A stretch of DNA of 37,992 bases, from positions 1-37,992 of the forward strand of contig NW_012237362.1 of NCBI RefSeq assembly GCF_000981445.1. Reading direction: 5' to 3'. The notes below the pieces were generated by a model. The model was not told where the DNA came from and searched no databases. It worked only from the letters and a program-made list of their open reading frames with translations. Both the position numbers and the translations under genes were made by a program. The stretch is from Babesia bigemina (taxonomy: Eukaryota). Positions 8,701 to 18,600 of the stretch are shown here, one piece after another (the first letter of the stretch is position 1; each line of letters begins with the position of its first letter).

Positions 8701-11183
8701 GCAGCGATGAGATTTTGTTTGAGGTTATAGATGGATTTCTGGAAGGTCTCTCTGCACGTCTCTACTGCTGTAAATACAGCATTGATGATCTTATCTAATG
8801 CATCATCGGCTTCAAAAATCATCCGGTTAATGTAACGTAGATTATTTTGGTTACTTTCTCTAAGCTCATCCATGAGTCGCTCACTCTCATCTTTTGTCGT
8901 TTGTATTTTACCAACTGCATCATTCCTTGTTACGTCGTATAGCCTTCCAAGCTCGGTGTGAATGTTGTTCAGCTTCTGGTCGATTTGACCGTCATTGCCA
9001 CTCTTTATAAATCCCTCCAGTTTTGTTATACTTGAACTTAGTGCCGACACATTCTGGCCAAGCTGCGTATGACTAAACCTATCATTGTCAACTTCGTCAT
9101 GAGCGTCTTGAACATTTTTTACAGCGGTATTTATAGCTGTTCTGGTGGCCTCTGTAATCTGTGAGACGGCATCACGGTTGAAGCCTTCAATGGCATCAGG
9201 AAGCGATGATATGGCATTTGAAAGCTTATTCGTCACCTTATATTTGAATGTATTTTCGAGGATACTATCAACTTCATATTTCACACGATTAATGGCCTCA
9301 TCAACTGAGTCGGCAAGTCCTTTGGTGAAGGCTTTTCCAACCGCTCGGCCAAGCTTAGTGTCAAGCATTTTAACCGTAGAAATTGCAGCGTCTAAATTTG
9401 TTTGTATTTTAGATTTTTGCATTATAGACTCGATTTCTTCGGCAACTTGTCTGATTATTGCAGCCAGTTCAACGAAGAATATATCGATGGCAAGTTTGAG
9501 ATGTTGTTTAGGTTCAGATTCTGATGTAGTAGTACGTAACTCCTTTTCAACGCTATCTCTGAGTGCTTCAGCCTTGCTTAGATCCATCTCTGCTGCAACA
9601 TTCTTTAGGTAATCCTTAATCTCATTTAAATTTGCGTTTATGGTTTTTTGCTGACCATCCGGTTTCTTACCCTTTACGTTTCTGAGAAGTTCATTGATTT
9701 GATTCTTGATAGCACCATTGACTGCGTTCATTTTATCCGTCGTATCACCGACCGTCAATTTCACGCTGTGATGATTAACATATCCACCGATATATCCCTG
9801 CACATGGCCATTTTTTTCATAGATACCATTTACCCAGATATCAATCATTCCTCCCTTCAGCATTAACCTGTCACCGACACCTTTAGCATATTCTCCCACC
9901 GCCTTAATAATTCCTTCTAAGCCTATGTTTGAACTTTTTATTTTGAGAATATCCAATTTGATGTTGTCAAGAATCTTACTAATTGTTTTTTCATCTTCTC
10001 CTTTTGCTGTAGCAAATTCGTCGTAAAGCTTACCAATCGCCGCTTTAACTTCACCAGTCAGTTTGGTCAGAGGAGTTTTGATGTTTTCAGTAAACATAGT
10101 CCCGAGTTTACTCTCTGCCGTGGCAATCGTGCCACTAGGGCCAGTAGTTTGGCTATTAAGCCTATCCTTTGCTTGACGAAGCGCCGTCAAGGCATTTTTA
10201 ACCAAACTACTATTTGCATCATCAGTAACTTGGCTCTCAAGATCACTTATGCCTTGCTTCAGATCCTCCAGATTTTTCTTTAAACCATCCTTCACTGACT
10301 GCACAAAACTTCCCGAAAGCGCTGCCAGTGTCTCCTGTGCGCTGCTCACCAAAATGTTTAGCTCCGCTTTCTTATCGGATAATGATTGGTGAACTTCGCT
10401 AACCTGTGTTCTTATATCTTCAAACTTCTTGACTATTTCATCGCGATATTTCACATCATATGTGCTTACCAACTCCGTGGTTGTCTGCACTGCATTTCTA
10501 ATCTGTGCAATGTGTTCCTTCTTAGTCTTATACAATAGTTCAACCTTATCCAAAATTTCGTTAAATTCAGTAGTCATTTTTGCATGGACGGTTGCTGATT
10601 CATTATCAATATGGGTAAGTACATTATCTCTTTGATTCACCAACGTGTCATCCACAGTTCTCACTTGACCATTGAAAATTTCGTTTAGAGAACTCTCCTT
10701 CAACATCATAACCGCCGTTTTGATAGCCTTAATTTCACGCATCACATCACGTTTCAATGTACTATCTAACATATTAACATATTGGTTTTCAGTGTTATTA
10801 ACGTCCAGCTCGATGGACTGTAGCGTCTCCGTCCACTTGGTCAACTGGGTCTCCAGCTTCTCACCCGCAGAACCTGCAACATTTTTAGTGTATTTACCTG
10901 CTATGTTGTTTTTCAACTCACCTAGAAACTCTGTTACGTTGCTTGCTTTTTTGCGGTATTCTAATTCATACCCCTCCAACCACCCCTTCACCGCGCCGAC
11001 AGCCTCCGCAAGCCCATTACGCCCGGAGCCAATTTTAGTATTTACCTCATCTAGTACTTCATTAAGCTTCTTTTCAAGATGTTTATCATAAGTTGTCACT
11101 TCATTTTCGTTTTTCACCGCACCAAGCACACCACTCAAAAATCCCATCACTGCATCACACAGCCTATCCAAGTCAGAGTACAC
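5736..11183 (-). CDS. ves1: VESA1-like antigen, copy 2 (first ATG 11147, ~1803 aa); C-terminal type ...HLHSPSSHRIAAQSLLAAGRVNKLNRVFYLQP
   Basis: 1815-aa ORF with YSDLDRLCD motif, long helical variable region, Cys-rich C-terminal third, one TM (FSYLVLALWLLSLLYLLHIMV) and a short tail with AQSLL, as I recall for Babesia VESA1. Confidence 0.88.
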   Translation of the reverse strand: MYSDLDRLCDAVMGFLSGVLGAVKNENEVTTYDKHLEKKLNEVLDEVNTKIGSGRNGLAEAVGAVKGWLEGYELEYRKKASNVTEFLGELKNNIAGKYTKNVAGSAGEKLETQLTKWTETLQSIELDVNNTENQYVNMLDSTLKRDVMREIKAIKTAVMMLKESSLNEIFNGQVRTVDDTLVNQRDNVLTHIDNESATVHAKMTTEFNEILDKVELLYKTKKEHIAQIRNAVQTTTELVSTYDVKYRDEIVKKFEDIRTQVSEVHQSLSDKKAELNILVSSAQETLAALSGSFVQSVKDGLKKNLEDLKQGISDLESQVTDDANSSLVKNALTALRQAKDRLNSQTTGPSGTIATAESKLGTMFTENIKTPLTKLTGEVKAAIGKLYDEFATAKGEDEKTISKILDNIKLDILKIKSSNIGLEGIIKAVGEYAKGVGDRLMLKGGMIDIWVNGIYEKNGHVQGYIGGYVNHHSVKLTVGDTTDKMNAVNGAIKNQINELLRNVKGKKPDGQQKTINANLNEIKDYLKNVAAEMDLSKAEALRDSVEKELRTTTSESEPKQHLKLAIDIFFVELAAIIRQVAEEIESIMQKSKIQTNLDAAISTVKMLDTKLGRAVGKAFTKGLADSVDEAINRVKYEVDSILENTFKYKVTNKLSNAISSLPDAIEGFNRDAVSQITEATRTAINTAVKNVQDAHDEVDNDRFSHTQLGQNVSALSSSITKLEGFIKSGNDGQIDQKLNNIHTELGRLYDVTRNDAVGKIQTTKDESERLMDELRESNQNNLRYINRMIFEADDALDKIINAVFTAVETCRETFQKSIYNLKQNLIAAVEKAFEAVTIEIRKLFARQETAHLSALKTLLSTQLKIISCTVNKDLNTGLKGFLKTLSGDSVDDYAAGYKERPKHLPPKTQKSNLLDPVKDAIERNEHGDKVRALTDNFKTYSDHIFDYLNKDLKQVFASHPKVIGDYPNRISTIRTNLTDLLTHISTEKHIDHQVPGMLETLKTNVSTFNSSHFGNASYPVLDAFPRSLEQFVGELERMYVNGYEGKQINWVKQVGKDRKEELTGDALKCGKVFFSCLPIWMQDLGELRVKCKSGEEWNGRQINVSVVDKTYKKTNALGKFFERCGYNVSQESDSHEGHLRNKSDCTGQQIYGRLVGKFQWVFDSSDDTKHALELAYEYLETYNDVWHIATWDSTRYPCSIFEMLCWLSGLTHNRVRSSLMGSTMTGILVDPEEEKQEKEKRDKETEESQKRLTLANTRSESDEIELSVETVSEVGPEVSIVSPSSISLPAYPSRITLSKVNAIVTHISATSYDVLTEILGTGNAQTMYACEFSNNTLRLKYPTSGDECLDILLDILRRVFAVFRFLCRQCKRSDEYYGWRECQYGMAIPTTKSHCNKKATDETMCQPTCQAKCKPTCQPNCQVNCQPTSALMSYLNDCLPGHLPHQLISVGCKAECKTCSPSSRAMPCLTPLGFRAFSGSTKTGKDLCEIIDKFLNFDDIACLFALVPRPPSTLPEHFQFALSFVDGWYANGKHLLRSWVESSMNKQSVNLYSSRDLIECLRKTYGYSHESHTSQHDDSKNSILPSLSMNTICSRNKVYCAPYLASLCPESYTYFVKKHVDTYVTWVVYLPWVFHQYLESLRDAFQNIFCQDWGCHRCLRADKCKRGKHGHADKKDDERTEQYCQCISIVRCRGTSPTFYKYGFTYGSAKKLELNSNYCSAFFSQLENVIKSDYFTKLFDECDNFLWKIREPFSYLVLALWLLSLLYLLHIMVIRLDLLHIKSHLHSPSSHRIAAQSLLAAGRVNKLNRVFYLQP

Positions 11184-11383
11184 AATCCCCTGGCCAGTGT
11201 AGCCTTTGGTGTCAGCGTTGAAGCCGAGGAAGGTTTCGAGGCCATCACAAAAGTTATTAAGGATGTTAACAGAGTTATTATTTGAGGTATTTTTAGGGTT
11301 TTAAATTTTGTCAAATTTCTTGCTAAGCTCCCTGAGCGGCACATGGTCAGGGCAGTGGCAAGAGGTGGAAGAGGGGAAGTGAT

Positions 11384-11450
11384 GGGTGACAAGGGACAAG
11401 TTATTGCTATGGTTAATAGAGGTCATAGCGGTAATAAGGCGAAGTAATTC
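11384..11450 (-). promoter_or_regulatory. Conserved ves 5' leader motif, copy 2
   Basis: Same motif as 4051-4117; ATG at 11426 is in frame with the main ORF but followed by TAA at 11303-11301. Confidence 0.6.
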
Positions 11451-11453
11451 GAA

Positions 11454-11821
11454 GGATGTAGAGTGGATTAGGGAGCGATGTAGAGTGGGTTAGGGAGCGA
11501 TGTAGAGTGGATGAAGGGGCGATGTATAGTGGATAAAGGGGCGATGTAGAGTGGATAAAGGGGCGATGTAGAGTGGGTTAGAGAGCGATGTAGAGTGGGT
11601 TAGGGAGCGATGTAGAGTGGGTTAAGGGGCGATGTAGAGTGGATTAAGGGGCGATGTGGAGTGGGTAAGGGAGCGATGTAGAGTGGATAAAGGGGCGATG
11701 TAGAGTGGGTTAAGGGGCGATGTAGAGTGGGTTAGGGAGCGATGTAGAGTGGATAAAGGGGCGATGTAGAGTGGGTTAGGGAGCGATGTGGAGTGGGTTA
11801 AGGGGCGATGTGGAGTGGGTA
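11454..11821 (+). repeat. Array A (22-mer)
   Basis: Directly visible tandem units. Confidence 0.97.
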
Positions 11822-11851
11822 ATAATCACCACTTACGTCAGGTGCTTGGTC

Positions 11852-12714
11852 ACCATGTCATCGCTGCCGTAAGCATGTCATCGCTGCCGTAACCATGTCA
11901 TCGCTGTTGTAACCATGTCATCGCTGCCGTGTCCATGTCATCGCTGCCGTAGCCATTCCATCGCTGCCGTGACCATGTCATCGCTGCCGTGACCATGTCA
12001 TCGCTGCCGTGACCATGTCATCGCTGCCGTGACCATGACATCGCTGCCGTGACCATTTCATCGCTGCCGTGACCATGTCATCGCTGCCGTAGCCATTCCA
12101 TCGCTGCCGTGACCATGTCATCGCTGCCGTGACTATGTCATCGCTGCCGTGACCATGTCATCGCTGCCGTAGCCATTCCATCGCTGCCGTGACCATTTCA
12201 TCGCTGCCGTGACCATGTCATCGCTGCCGTAGCCATTCCATCGCTGCCGTAGCCATTCCATCGCTGCCGTGACCATGTCATCGCTGCCGTAGCCATTCCA
12301 TCGCTGCCGTGACCATTTCATCGCTGCCGTGACCATGTCATCGCTGCCGTGACCATGTCATCGCTGCCGTGTCCATGTCATCGCTGCCGTAACCATGTCA
12401 TCGCTGCCGTGTCCATGTCATCGCTGCCGTGTCCATGTCATCGCTGCCGTAACCATTTCATCGCTGCCGTGACCATGTCATCGCTGCCGTGACCATGTCA
12501 TCGCTGCCGTAACCATTTCATCGCTGCCGTGACCATGTCATCGCTGCCGTGACCATGTCATCGCTGCCGTGACCATCTCATCGCTGCCGTGACCATGCCA
12601 TCGCTGCCGTAACCATGTCATCGCTGCCGTGACCATCTCATCGCTGCCGTGACCATGTCATCGCTGCCGTGACCATCTCATCGCTGCCGTGACCATGCCA
12701 TCGCTGCCGTAACC
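11852..12714 (+). repeat. Array B (20-mer), longest copy (~43 units)
   Basis: tcgctgccgt recurs every 20 nt. Confidence 0.97.
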
Positions 12715-12718
12715 TTAA

Positions 12719-12990
12719 CTTGGTCACCACTTTGGTCAGCACTTTGTCTGTGTGCTTGCTTAGCACTTTGCCTGGTTGCTTGCTTACCACTTTGCCTGGT
12801 TGCTAGCTTAGCACTTTGCCTGGGTGCTAGCTTAGCACTTTGCCTGTTTGCTAGCTTAGCACTTTGCCTGGGTGCTAGCTTACCACTTTGCCTGGGTTCC
12901 AGCTTACCACTTTGCCTGGGTTCCAGCTTAGCACTTTGCCTGGTTGCCAGCTTACCACTTTGCCTGGTTGCTAGGTTAACACGTTGCATT
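12719..12990 (+). repeat. Two array C units followed by array D: 24-nt repeat (gcttagcactttgcctgggtgcta)
   Basis: Directly visible; lies 3' of the copy 3 stop codon. Confidence 0.93.
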
Positions 12991-13132
12991 GTCGTTTAGT
13001 CATCACCTAATTCAAACGCTATCTAGTTCACCGGTTACCCCTTGAGTAATTCAAAACATTAGACTACGTTTGTCGGTTAGGTGAGTAGGTGAGTAGTTAC
13101 GTGAGTTGTGTGAATTACAAATGTGACGATGA

Positions 13133-16100
13133 TCACGGTTGTAGATACGATATCTTGGCAAGCCTTCCGACTTGCGCTGCAGCCAACAATGACTGCGCCG
13201 TTATCTTGTGCGACGACGGTATCCTCAGGTGTGACTTGATATGCAGCACATCCAGTCTGCCAACCATTACGCAGATGAGGTAGAAGAGGGATAGTGACCA
13301 GAGGGCGACATTGAGCCATATGAACGGCTGCCTGATGGTGAATATAAATTCGTCGCACTTGTCGAACAGGTCTTTGAAATATTTAGATTTAAGAACGTTG
13401 TGTAGTTGTGTACGGAACTCATTGCAAAATCTTCTGGTGGCACCATCTAGAAGCATCTTGGAATTTCCAAACGTGAATCCGTATTGGTATAGTGTAGGCA
13501 GCACACCGCGACAACGTGTGAATGCTTTGCACTTGCAGTTGTGGTCAATGCCATGCTTGCCTAGGATGGTAGAAAATCCAGAACATCCAAAGCTTTTACA
13601 GTCAATGCTCTGGAAGGCGTCAAGCAGACGGTTGAGATAATTCCAGAAATTCCATGGCAGGTATACGGACCACGAGAGATAAAGGTCAGCGTGTCTGTTG
13701 GCGACGTATTTATATGCGTCAGATGATAATGAATAGAGGTATGGAGCGCAGCGGACGTCGAGACCGGAACATGTGTCATCTCTCGTCAATGTTGACAAAT
13801 CAGATTGATCGGCGTTATGACGATCGGCAGTATGACCGGTTTTGGTAGCTCCGTAAACGTTGCGAAGTGCGTCGGTAATGTCGCTGGGTTGATTGTACAG
13901 GCTAATGGATTTGTCTGCGATCGATGATTCAACGGACATTTTAATGCCTTTATTGCCTATCACATTAGTATCATAGCAAGCGTTAACCAAAGCACAAACG
14001 AAACCGAAGTGTTCAGGCAACGTGGAAGGAGGTCTGGGGACCAGGCTGAATAGCGCCGTGGTGTGCACGTTGCTTAGCAATTTGCCCAGCACGTTGCATA
14101 GGTCTTTACCTAGCTTCGTGCTTCCCGCGAAAGTCGTGAATCCAAGAGGTGTTATACACGGCATGCCGGGAAGGTTCTTCGGGCACGTGTTACATTTCGA
14201 TGAACATCCAACTGAGGTGACCTGGTGAGGAAGCATCCCCTTGAGTCCATCAGTCAAGTAGAGGTGCAGTGGCGAGGTGCTGGAACAAGTGTGGTCTGGC
14301 GATGGATGAACGGACGAATGCTTACCACACTGCCAACACGAAGCTTGAATGCTGTTGCCGTATGTGCACTTGGACCAGCCGTAATATTCGGGTGGTGTAC
14401 TGCACTGCCTATAAAGAAACTGGACGACTGGCCATAGCTTACGTAGGATGGCAAGCAGCAAGTCTAAGCAAGCGGCTGGGTCAGAAGGGTATTGTAATTT
14501 TAGTGTATTATTGTTGAACTCCACACCGTACATTGTGTACGCGTCGCCTGTGCCAACGATAGTGCACAAAACGTCATAAGATTTGGCACATAATAGGTCG
14601 AGCGCTGTATGAACTTTGCCGTGTATTACGTTGTTGGGGTAGGCATCTAGTGATTTGGATGCTGGGTCAACCCATGAGACTGACACCTTAAAGTCGGCGG
14701 CGTCTGCTCCGTCAGCCTCTAATTCAATGACGTCTCTGTCTGCCTTTTTGTTCTCGTTCTTATTCAGCTCATCTATGATTTCGGGAATCGTAATGTCACG
14801 CATTTGTGAATATACGCGGGTATGTGGCAGTCCCGAGAACCAGCAGAGCATTTCGAATACGCTACAAGGCGTCCTAGTTTTAGCGTTGAGAGTCATGTGG
14901 CATACGTCGCAATACTGCTCCAAGTGAGTGAGCAGGCAGGCTAGACGATCGACCACATCAAACTTGTCGGTTTTCTTTGTAACATTTGTGCCGAACTTTT
15001 TATTCGACTCACAGCCTTTTAGGTGTTCTATGTCCTCGGCAGCTGTAATTGTGCTGCTTAGGTTTTTAAAAATATGAAAACCAAGACTACTCGGTTTATC
15101 TTGTAATTCACCGTTCTGCTCGCCTTTTTTGGAAACCTCATATCCCAGCTCATCTAAGAACATTCCAAGCCCAGTGGTGTGATTTATTTGAATTTTTTTC
15201 CACGCACTCGCACCGTACTTCTTCAACGTCTCCAGATCGCTGCATAATATGTAAAGCAGGGTGAGGAAAATGTTTGACAACTTTCTTCCGTCATCGGTTA
15301 ATTTGTCTTTATTATCAACCAATTTACCTAATTTCTCAATCCCCTCCCCTCCATCATACCCGTTCACATACACCCGCTCCATCTGCTCGACAAACCCCTC
15401 CAGCCCCTGTTTGACCGCATCGAGCAGCTCCGGGTGCCGGGGGTTGGCGAAGGCGGAGGGGGATAAATCGTTAGTGGCGTTTTTGAGGGTGGTGAGTTTA
15501 ACGGTGAAAGGATGGTCATAGATGTATTTACGAGTGGAATTATGAGTATGAAGATGTTCAAGTAATTTGTCGAAGTCACCTTTGATTTCGGTTAGCTTGC
15601 TGGCTGGGTCGGCGGGCGGGGGGGAGGTTACTGTTTTGGTTGGGTCGGTGACTTGGTCTTTAATATACGTCATAATAGGGTCCATGTAGTCATGTAAATA
15701 TTTGGAGAATATGAGTAATTCGGTATACATAAGCGGATCGACATACTCACTCATTTTACTACTCATAGCATTTATCATACCTTTAATTCCAGTCGTTTTA
15801 TCTATGAATATGATCTTTGCTATATCTGATTTTTGCCTATCAACGAATTTCTGGAGCGATTCTAGCTTTGCCATCCTTTGCTCGGAAAATAGACATCGAA
15901 CTTGGGTGGTGATCTCATTGAAAGCCCTGTCGACGGCGGAAAGAAGCTGAGATCGGAGGACCTTAGCTGATACTTGATTCTTTTCGTGTGATTCTTTGAA
16001 CATACTTCTGAGATTTCGTACGGCCTCTACTAAAGCTTGATCCGATTGGGATACAATGAATTCCATATCCTTAAGTTTCTCATTAATTTCACCTTTCAAC

Positions 16101-18448
16101 TCATTCATTGTATGTTCCATGGCTTTATGTTTCTGGTTTAGAACACCGTCCTTACCGTTGTCGTCGTTTTCCTTCGTAAGATTATACAGATCATCAATAA
16201 CTTTTTGGAGACCATTAGCCTCATTTGCAAGCTTCTGCTTAAAAGTGCCACTATCACCCACCGTATCTCCCAACAATGTGACAAATGTATCGATCGGTTG
16301 TTTCAATTTCTCCAATGCGTGAGTAATTTTTAACCCGTAATCCGTGGTGAGACTCGACTCTATTGCTACCACATTTCTTATAGCCGCATCCACACTCTTG
16401 CCGAGGTTATAATCGGTATGGAGTTTGTCTGTTGTTAACAGCTCAAGTTCTGTTTTAATCTGCGCAGCCTTCGAGTGGAGGGCGGTTAAAATTTCTTTTA
16501 CGGCAAGCTCCAGCCGGCTTTTATCAGCACGCGAAAAAGGGGTCTGAGTTTGCAACTGGGAATGTAGGCTTCCTGCCATTTCAGCAGTCTGACTTGGATC
16601 CACTTTAGCTATGAATGCGGTAAGAAATTTTGAAATGTTATTCAAATTTTTCTCAACGCATCCATTAGAATCAACTGCGTTAGTGGATGCAGCAGATATT
16701 TTTGTGATATATTGGCTAATTGCGGATGTCACCCTCGTAGTATACATTATGTTACCATAAGCATTGATGTGACCACTCACCGGTTCCTTTGCACAAATAT
16801 CTTCCACCCACTTGTTCACCGTAGGTCCGAATCCCATTTTCTCGAACCTATAGGCATACGTTTCAATGTTTTTCGCAATCAATTTTAGATGGCCGGACGT
16901 TTGGTTCGTGACACTACTTACAAGTCCGGTAATCTTCCCTTTCAGTTCAACCCAATTAGTATTTAAGTCATTGCCGCCACTTTTTTTTACTCCGTATTCT
17001 CCAACGTGTCCTTTCAGAGTCGAAAGCGTCTGCTGGCCGTTTGCTACTAGCTGCATAAGCTGAGATTTGTTTTGTTGTAAAGCCACGTATATTGTATCGA
17101 CCTCATTTTGAATCTGACGCAAATACCACCGAAGTTTATTTCTATAATCATTGTCAAACCTCTGATGCAAAAACTTCTGAGCATCTTCTAATGATTTATA
17201 AATGTTCTGAAAATGCGTCGATCTACTGTGATTTAAACTTCTTATTTCTTCCCAAATTTTCAGATATTCGCTTTCTAAGGTTTTGCTCAACGATGAATAT
17301 TCCACCTCGATTGATGTTCTCATATTTTTCTTTTCATTTGCCAGTACCGCGTCTACCAACTTAATCTGATTCTTATAGGCGCCCAACTGCGTTGAGTCGC
17401 GTAATGCTTTTAAAATTTCCCTTATCGGCCTAGACTCGTTTTTGATCTTATCTCTTAATGCAATATGTAATATATTAATTCGATTGGTTTCAATATCATT
17501 CAACGCATTATAAATGCTATGCACAGTGTGGTTCCAAGTCTCTAGCTGCTTCTCCAAGGTTTCGTTCGATCCACTCGCAACTTGTTTATAATATGTACCT
17601 GTAGAAACATTAAGACCACTACTTAACTCACCTAATTTGTCAGTAACTGCGGTAGTTAACTCTTCAACCTTGGAATTATATTTCTCCAACCACCTCTTCA
17701 CCGCGGCGACAGACTCCACAAGCCCAGCACGCCCGGAGCCAATATTATTATTTAACTTGTTAATAACTTTTTCAATGTTTTCATCACTTTTATCGTACGT
17801 TTTAACCGCTTCATCATCCTTCACCGCACCAAGCACACCACTCAAAAATCCCATCACCGCGTCACACAGCCTGTCCAAGTCGGAGTACACTATCCCAGTG
17901 CCGTCGTAGCCTTTGGAGTCAGAGTTGAAGCCGAGGAATTTCTCGAGGCCGTCACATAAATGCGTTAAAATATCATTATTATTAGTTAAAGTATCTTTAA
18001 ATTCAGTGAGTTTCTTAACAATTTCTCTCTGCTGCCTCACTTCATCCAATCCCTTATCTCTCTCCTCCTCAGGGAGGTAATGGGTCTTAGCACAGTCATT
18101 TTTAGAGGCTTCGGCTTTTTTTATTTTAGCGTTTTGTTCAGCAATTTGCTTTTTAGAGTCATTAGGATTATTAGATTCTAGAGTTTTAAGTTGTTCATTA
18201 GCTTTTTGAATTTCAGTCTCCTGAGACTGACAGTAGGAGACACCGCTTCCTGAAGCGGAGGTAGTAGGACATTCGAGTTGCTTTTGACGGGTGTCAAGGC
18301 TATCATTAGCTTTCTTTATGGCCTCCTCAATCAACTTTTTCAAAGCTTGAGACAACTTGGTAAGACCTTGGTCACCCTCACCATTCCCATGCCTAACCTG
18401 GATCAACCAGTCGATGGACTCAGTCAGAAAAGACGGGAAGGGTGACAA
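13133..18448 (-). CDS. ves1: VESA1-like antigen, copy 3 (frame open from TTG 18448, first ATG 17854); C-terminal type ...HLRIPSSHKITAQSLLAAAQVGRLAKISYLQP
   Basis: 1771-aa ORF retaining the N-terminal LTESIDWLIQV motif (resembles the VESA1 L-x-E-x-IDW motif), YSDLDRLCD, Cys-rich region and a single TM. Confidence 0.9.
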   Translation of the reverse strand: MSPFPSFLTESIDWLIQVRHGNGEGDQGLTKLSQALKKLIEEAIKKANDSLDTRQKQLECPTTSASGSGVSYCQSQETEIQKANEQLKTLESNNPNDSKKQIAEQNAKIKKAEASKNDCAKTHYLPEEERDKGLDEVRQQREIVKKLTEFKDTLTNNNDILTHLCDGLEKFLGFNSDSKGYDGTGIVYSDLDRLCDAVMGFLSGVLGAVKDDEAVKTYDKSDENIEKVINKLNNNIGSGRAGLVESVAAVKRWLEKYNSKVEELTTAVTDKLGELSSGLNVSTGTYYKQVASGSNETLEKQLETWNHTVHSIYNALNDIETNRINILHIALRDKIKNESRPIREILKALRDSTQLGAYKNQIKLVDAVLANEKKNMRTSIEVEYSSLSKTLESEYLKIWEEIRSLNHSRSTHFQNIYKSLEDAQKFLHQRFDNDYRNKLRWYLRQIQNEVDTIYVALQQNKSQLMQLVANGQQTLSTLKGHVGEYGVKKSGGNDLNTNWVELKGKITGLVSSVTNQTSGHLKLIAKNIETYAYRFEKMGFGPTVNKWVEDICAKEPVSGHINAYGNIMYTTRVTSAISQYITKISAASTNAVDSNGCVEKNLNNISKFLTAFIAKVDPSQTAEMAGSLHSQLQTQTPFSRADKSRLELAVKEILTALHSKAAQIKTELELLTTDKLHTDYNLGKSVDAAIRNVVAIESSLTTDYGLKITHALEKLKQPIDTFVTLLGDTVGDSGTFKQKLANEANGLQKVIDDLYNLTKENDDNGKDGVLNQKHKAMEHTMNELKGEINEKLKDMEFIVSQSDQALVEAVRNLRSMFKESHEKNQVSAKVLRSQLLSAVDRAFNEITTQVRCLFSEQRMAKLESLQKFVDRQKSDIAKIIFIDKTTGIKGMINAMSSKMSEYVDPLMYTELLIFSKYLHDYMDPIMTYIKDQVTDPTKTVTSPPPADPASKLTEIKGDFDKLLEHLHTHNSTRKYIYDHPFTVKLTTLKNATNDLSPSAFANPRHPELLDAVKQGLEGFVEQMERVYVNGYDGGEGIEKLGKLVDNKDKLTDDGRKLSNIFLTLLYILCSDLETLKKYGASAWKKIQINHTTGLGMFLDELGYEVSKKGEQNGELQDKPSSLGFHIFKNLSSTITAAEDIEHLKGCESNKKFGTNVTKKTDKFDVVDRLACLLTHLEQYCDVCHMTLNAKTRTPCSVFEMLCWFSGLPHTRVYSQMRDITIPEIIDELNKNENKKADRDVIELEADGADAADFKVSVSWVDPASKSLDAYPNNVIHGKVHTALDLLCAKSYDVLCTIVGTGDAYTMYGVEFNNNTLKLQYPSDPAACLDLLLAILRKLWPVVQFLYRQCSTPPEYYGWSKCTYGNSIQASCWQCGKHSSVHPSPDHTCSSTSPLHLYLTDGLKGMLPHQVTSVGCSSKCNTCPKNLPGMPCITPLGFTTFAGSTKLGKDLCNVLGKLLSNVHTTALFSLVPRPPSTLPEHFGFVCALVNACYDTNVIGNKGIKMSVESSIADKSISLYNQPSDITDALRNVYGATKTGHTADRHNADQSDLSTLTRDDTCSGLDVRCAPYLYSLSSDAYKYVANRHADLYLSWSVYLPWNFWNYLNRLLDAFQSIDCKSFGCSGFSTILGKHGIDHNCKCKAFTRCRGVLPTLYQYGFTFGNSKMLLDGATRRFCNEFRTQLHNVLKSKYFKDLFDKCDEFIFTIRQPFIWLNVALWSLSLFYLICVMVGRLDVLHIKSHLRIPSSHKITAQSLLAAAQVGRLAKISYLQP

Positions 18449-18505
18449 GGCACAAGTTATTGCTATGGTTTATAGAGGTCATCGCGGTATTAAGGCGAGG
18501 TAAAT
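18440..18505 (-). promoter_or_regulatory. Conserved ves 5' leader motif, copy 3
   Basis: ATG 18482 opens a 20-codon uORF (MTSINHSNNLCLVTLPVFSD*) one base out of frame with the main ORF. Confidence 0.6.
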
Positions 18506-18506
18506 C

Positions 18507-18569
18507 GAGCGATGTAGAGTGGATAAAGGAGCGATGTAGAGTGGGTTAAGGGGCGATGTAGAGTGGATA
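18507..18569 (+). repeat. Array A, minimal (~3 units)
   Basis: gcgatgtagagtgg occurs three times. Confidence 0.9.
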
Positions 18570-18600
18570 ATAATCACCACTTAGGTCATCTACTTGGTCA

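Noticed and set aside
5736..11183. Calling the large proteins Ebh-, SMC- or myosin-like
   Set aside because: Any resemblance would come from generic helical composition; the specific motifs, Cys-rich region, TM and tail indicate VESA1.
11147..11392. 81-aa ORFs MSPITSPLPP.../MSPFTSLLPP... (also 27746-27991) as separate genes
   Set aside because: TTG starts in an alternate frame over the ves leader; the ves-like motifs are in the other frame.
12133..12989. ORFs over arrays B and D (also 22114-22467, 30428-30817)
   Set aside because: Products of repeat periodicity with no independent coding evidence.
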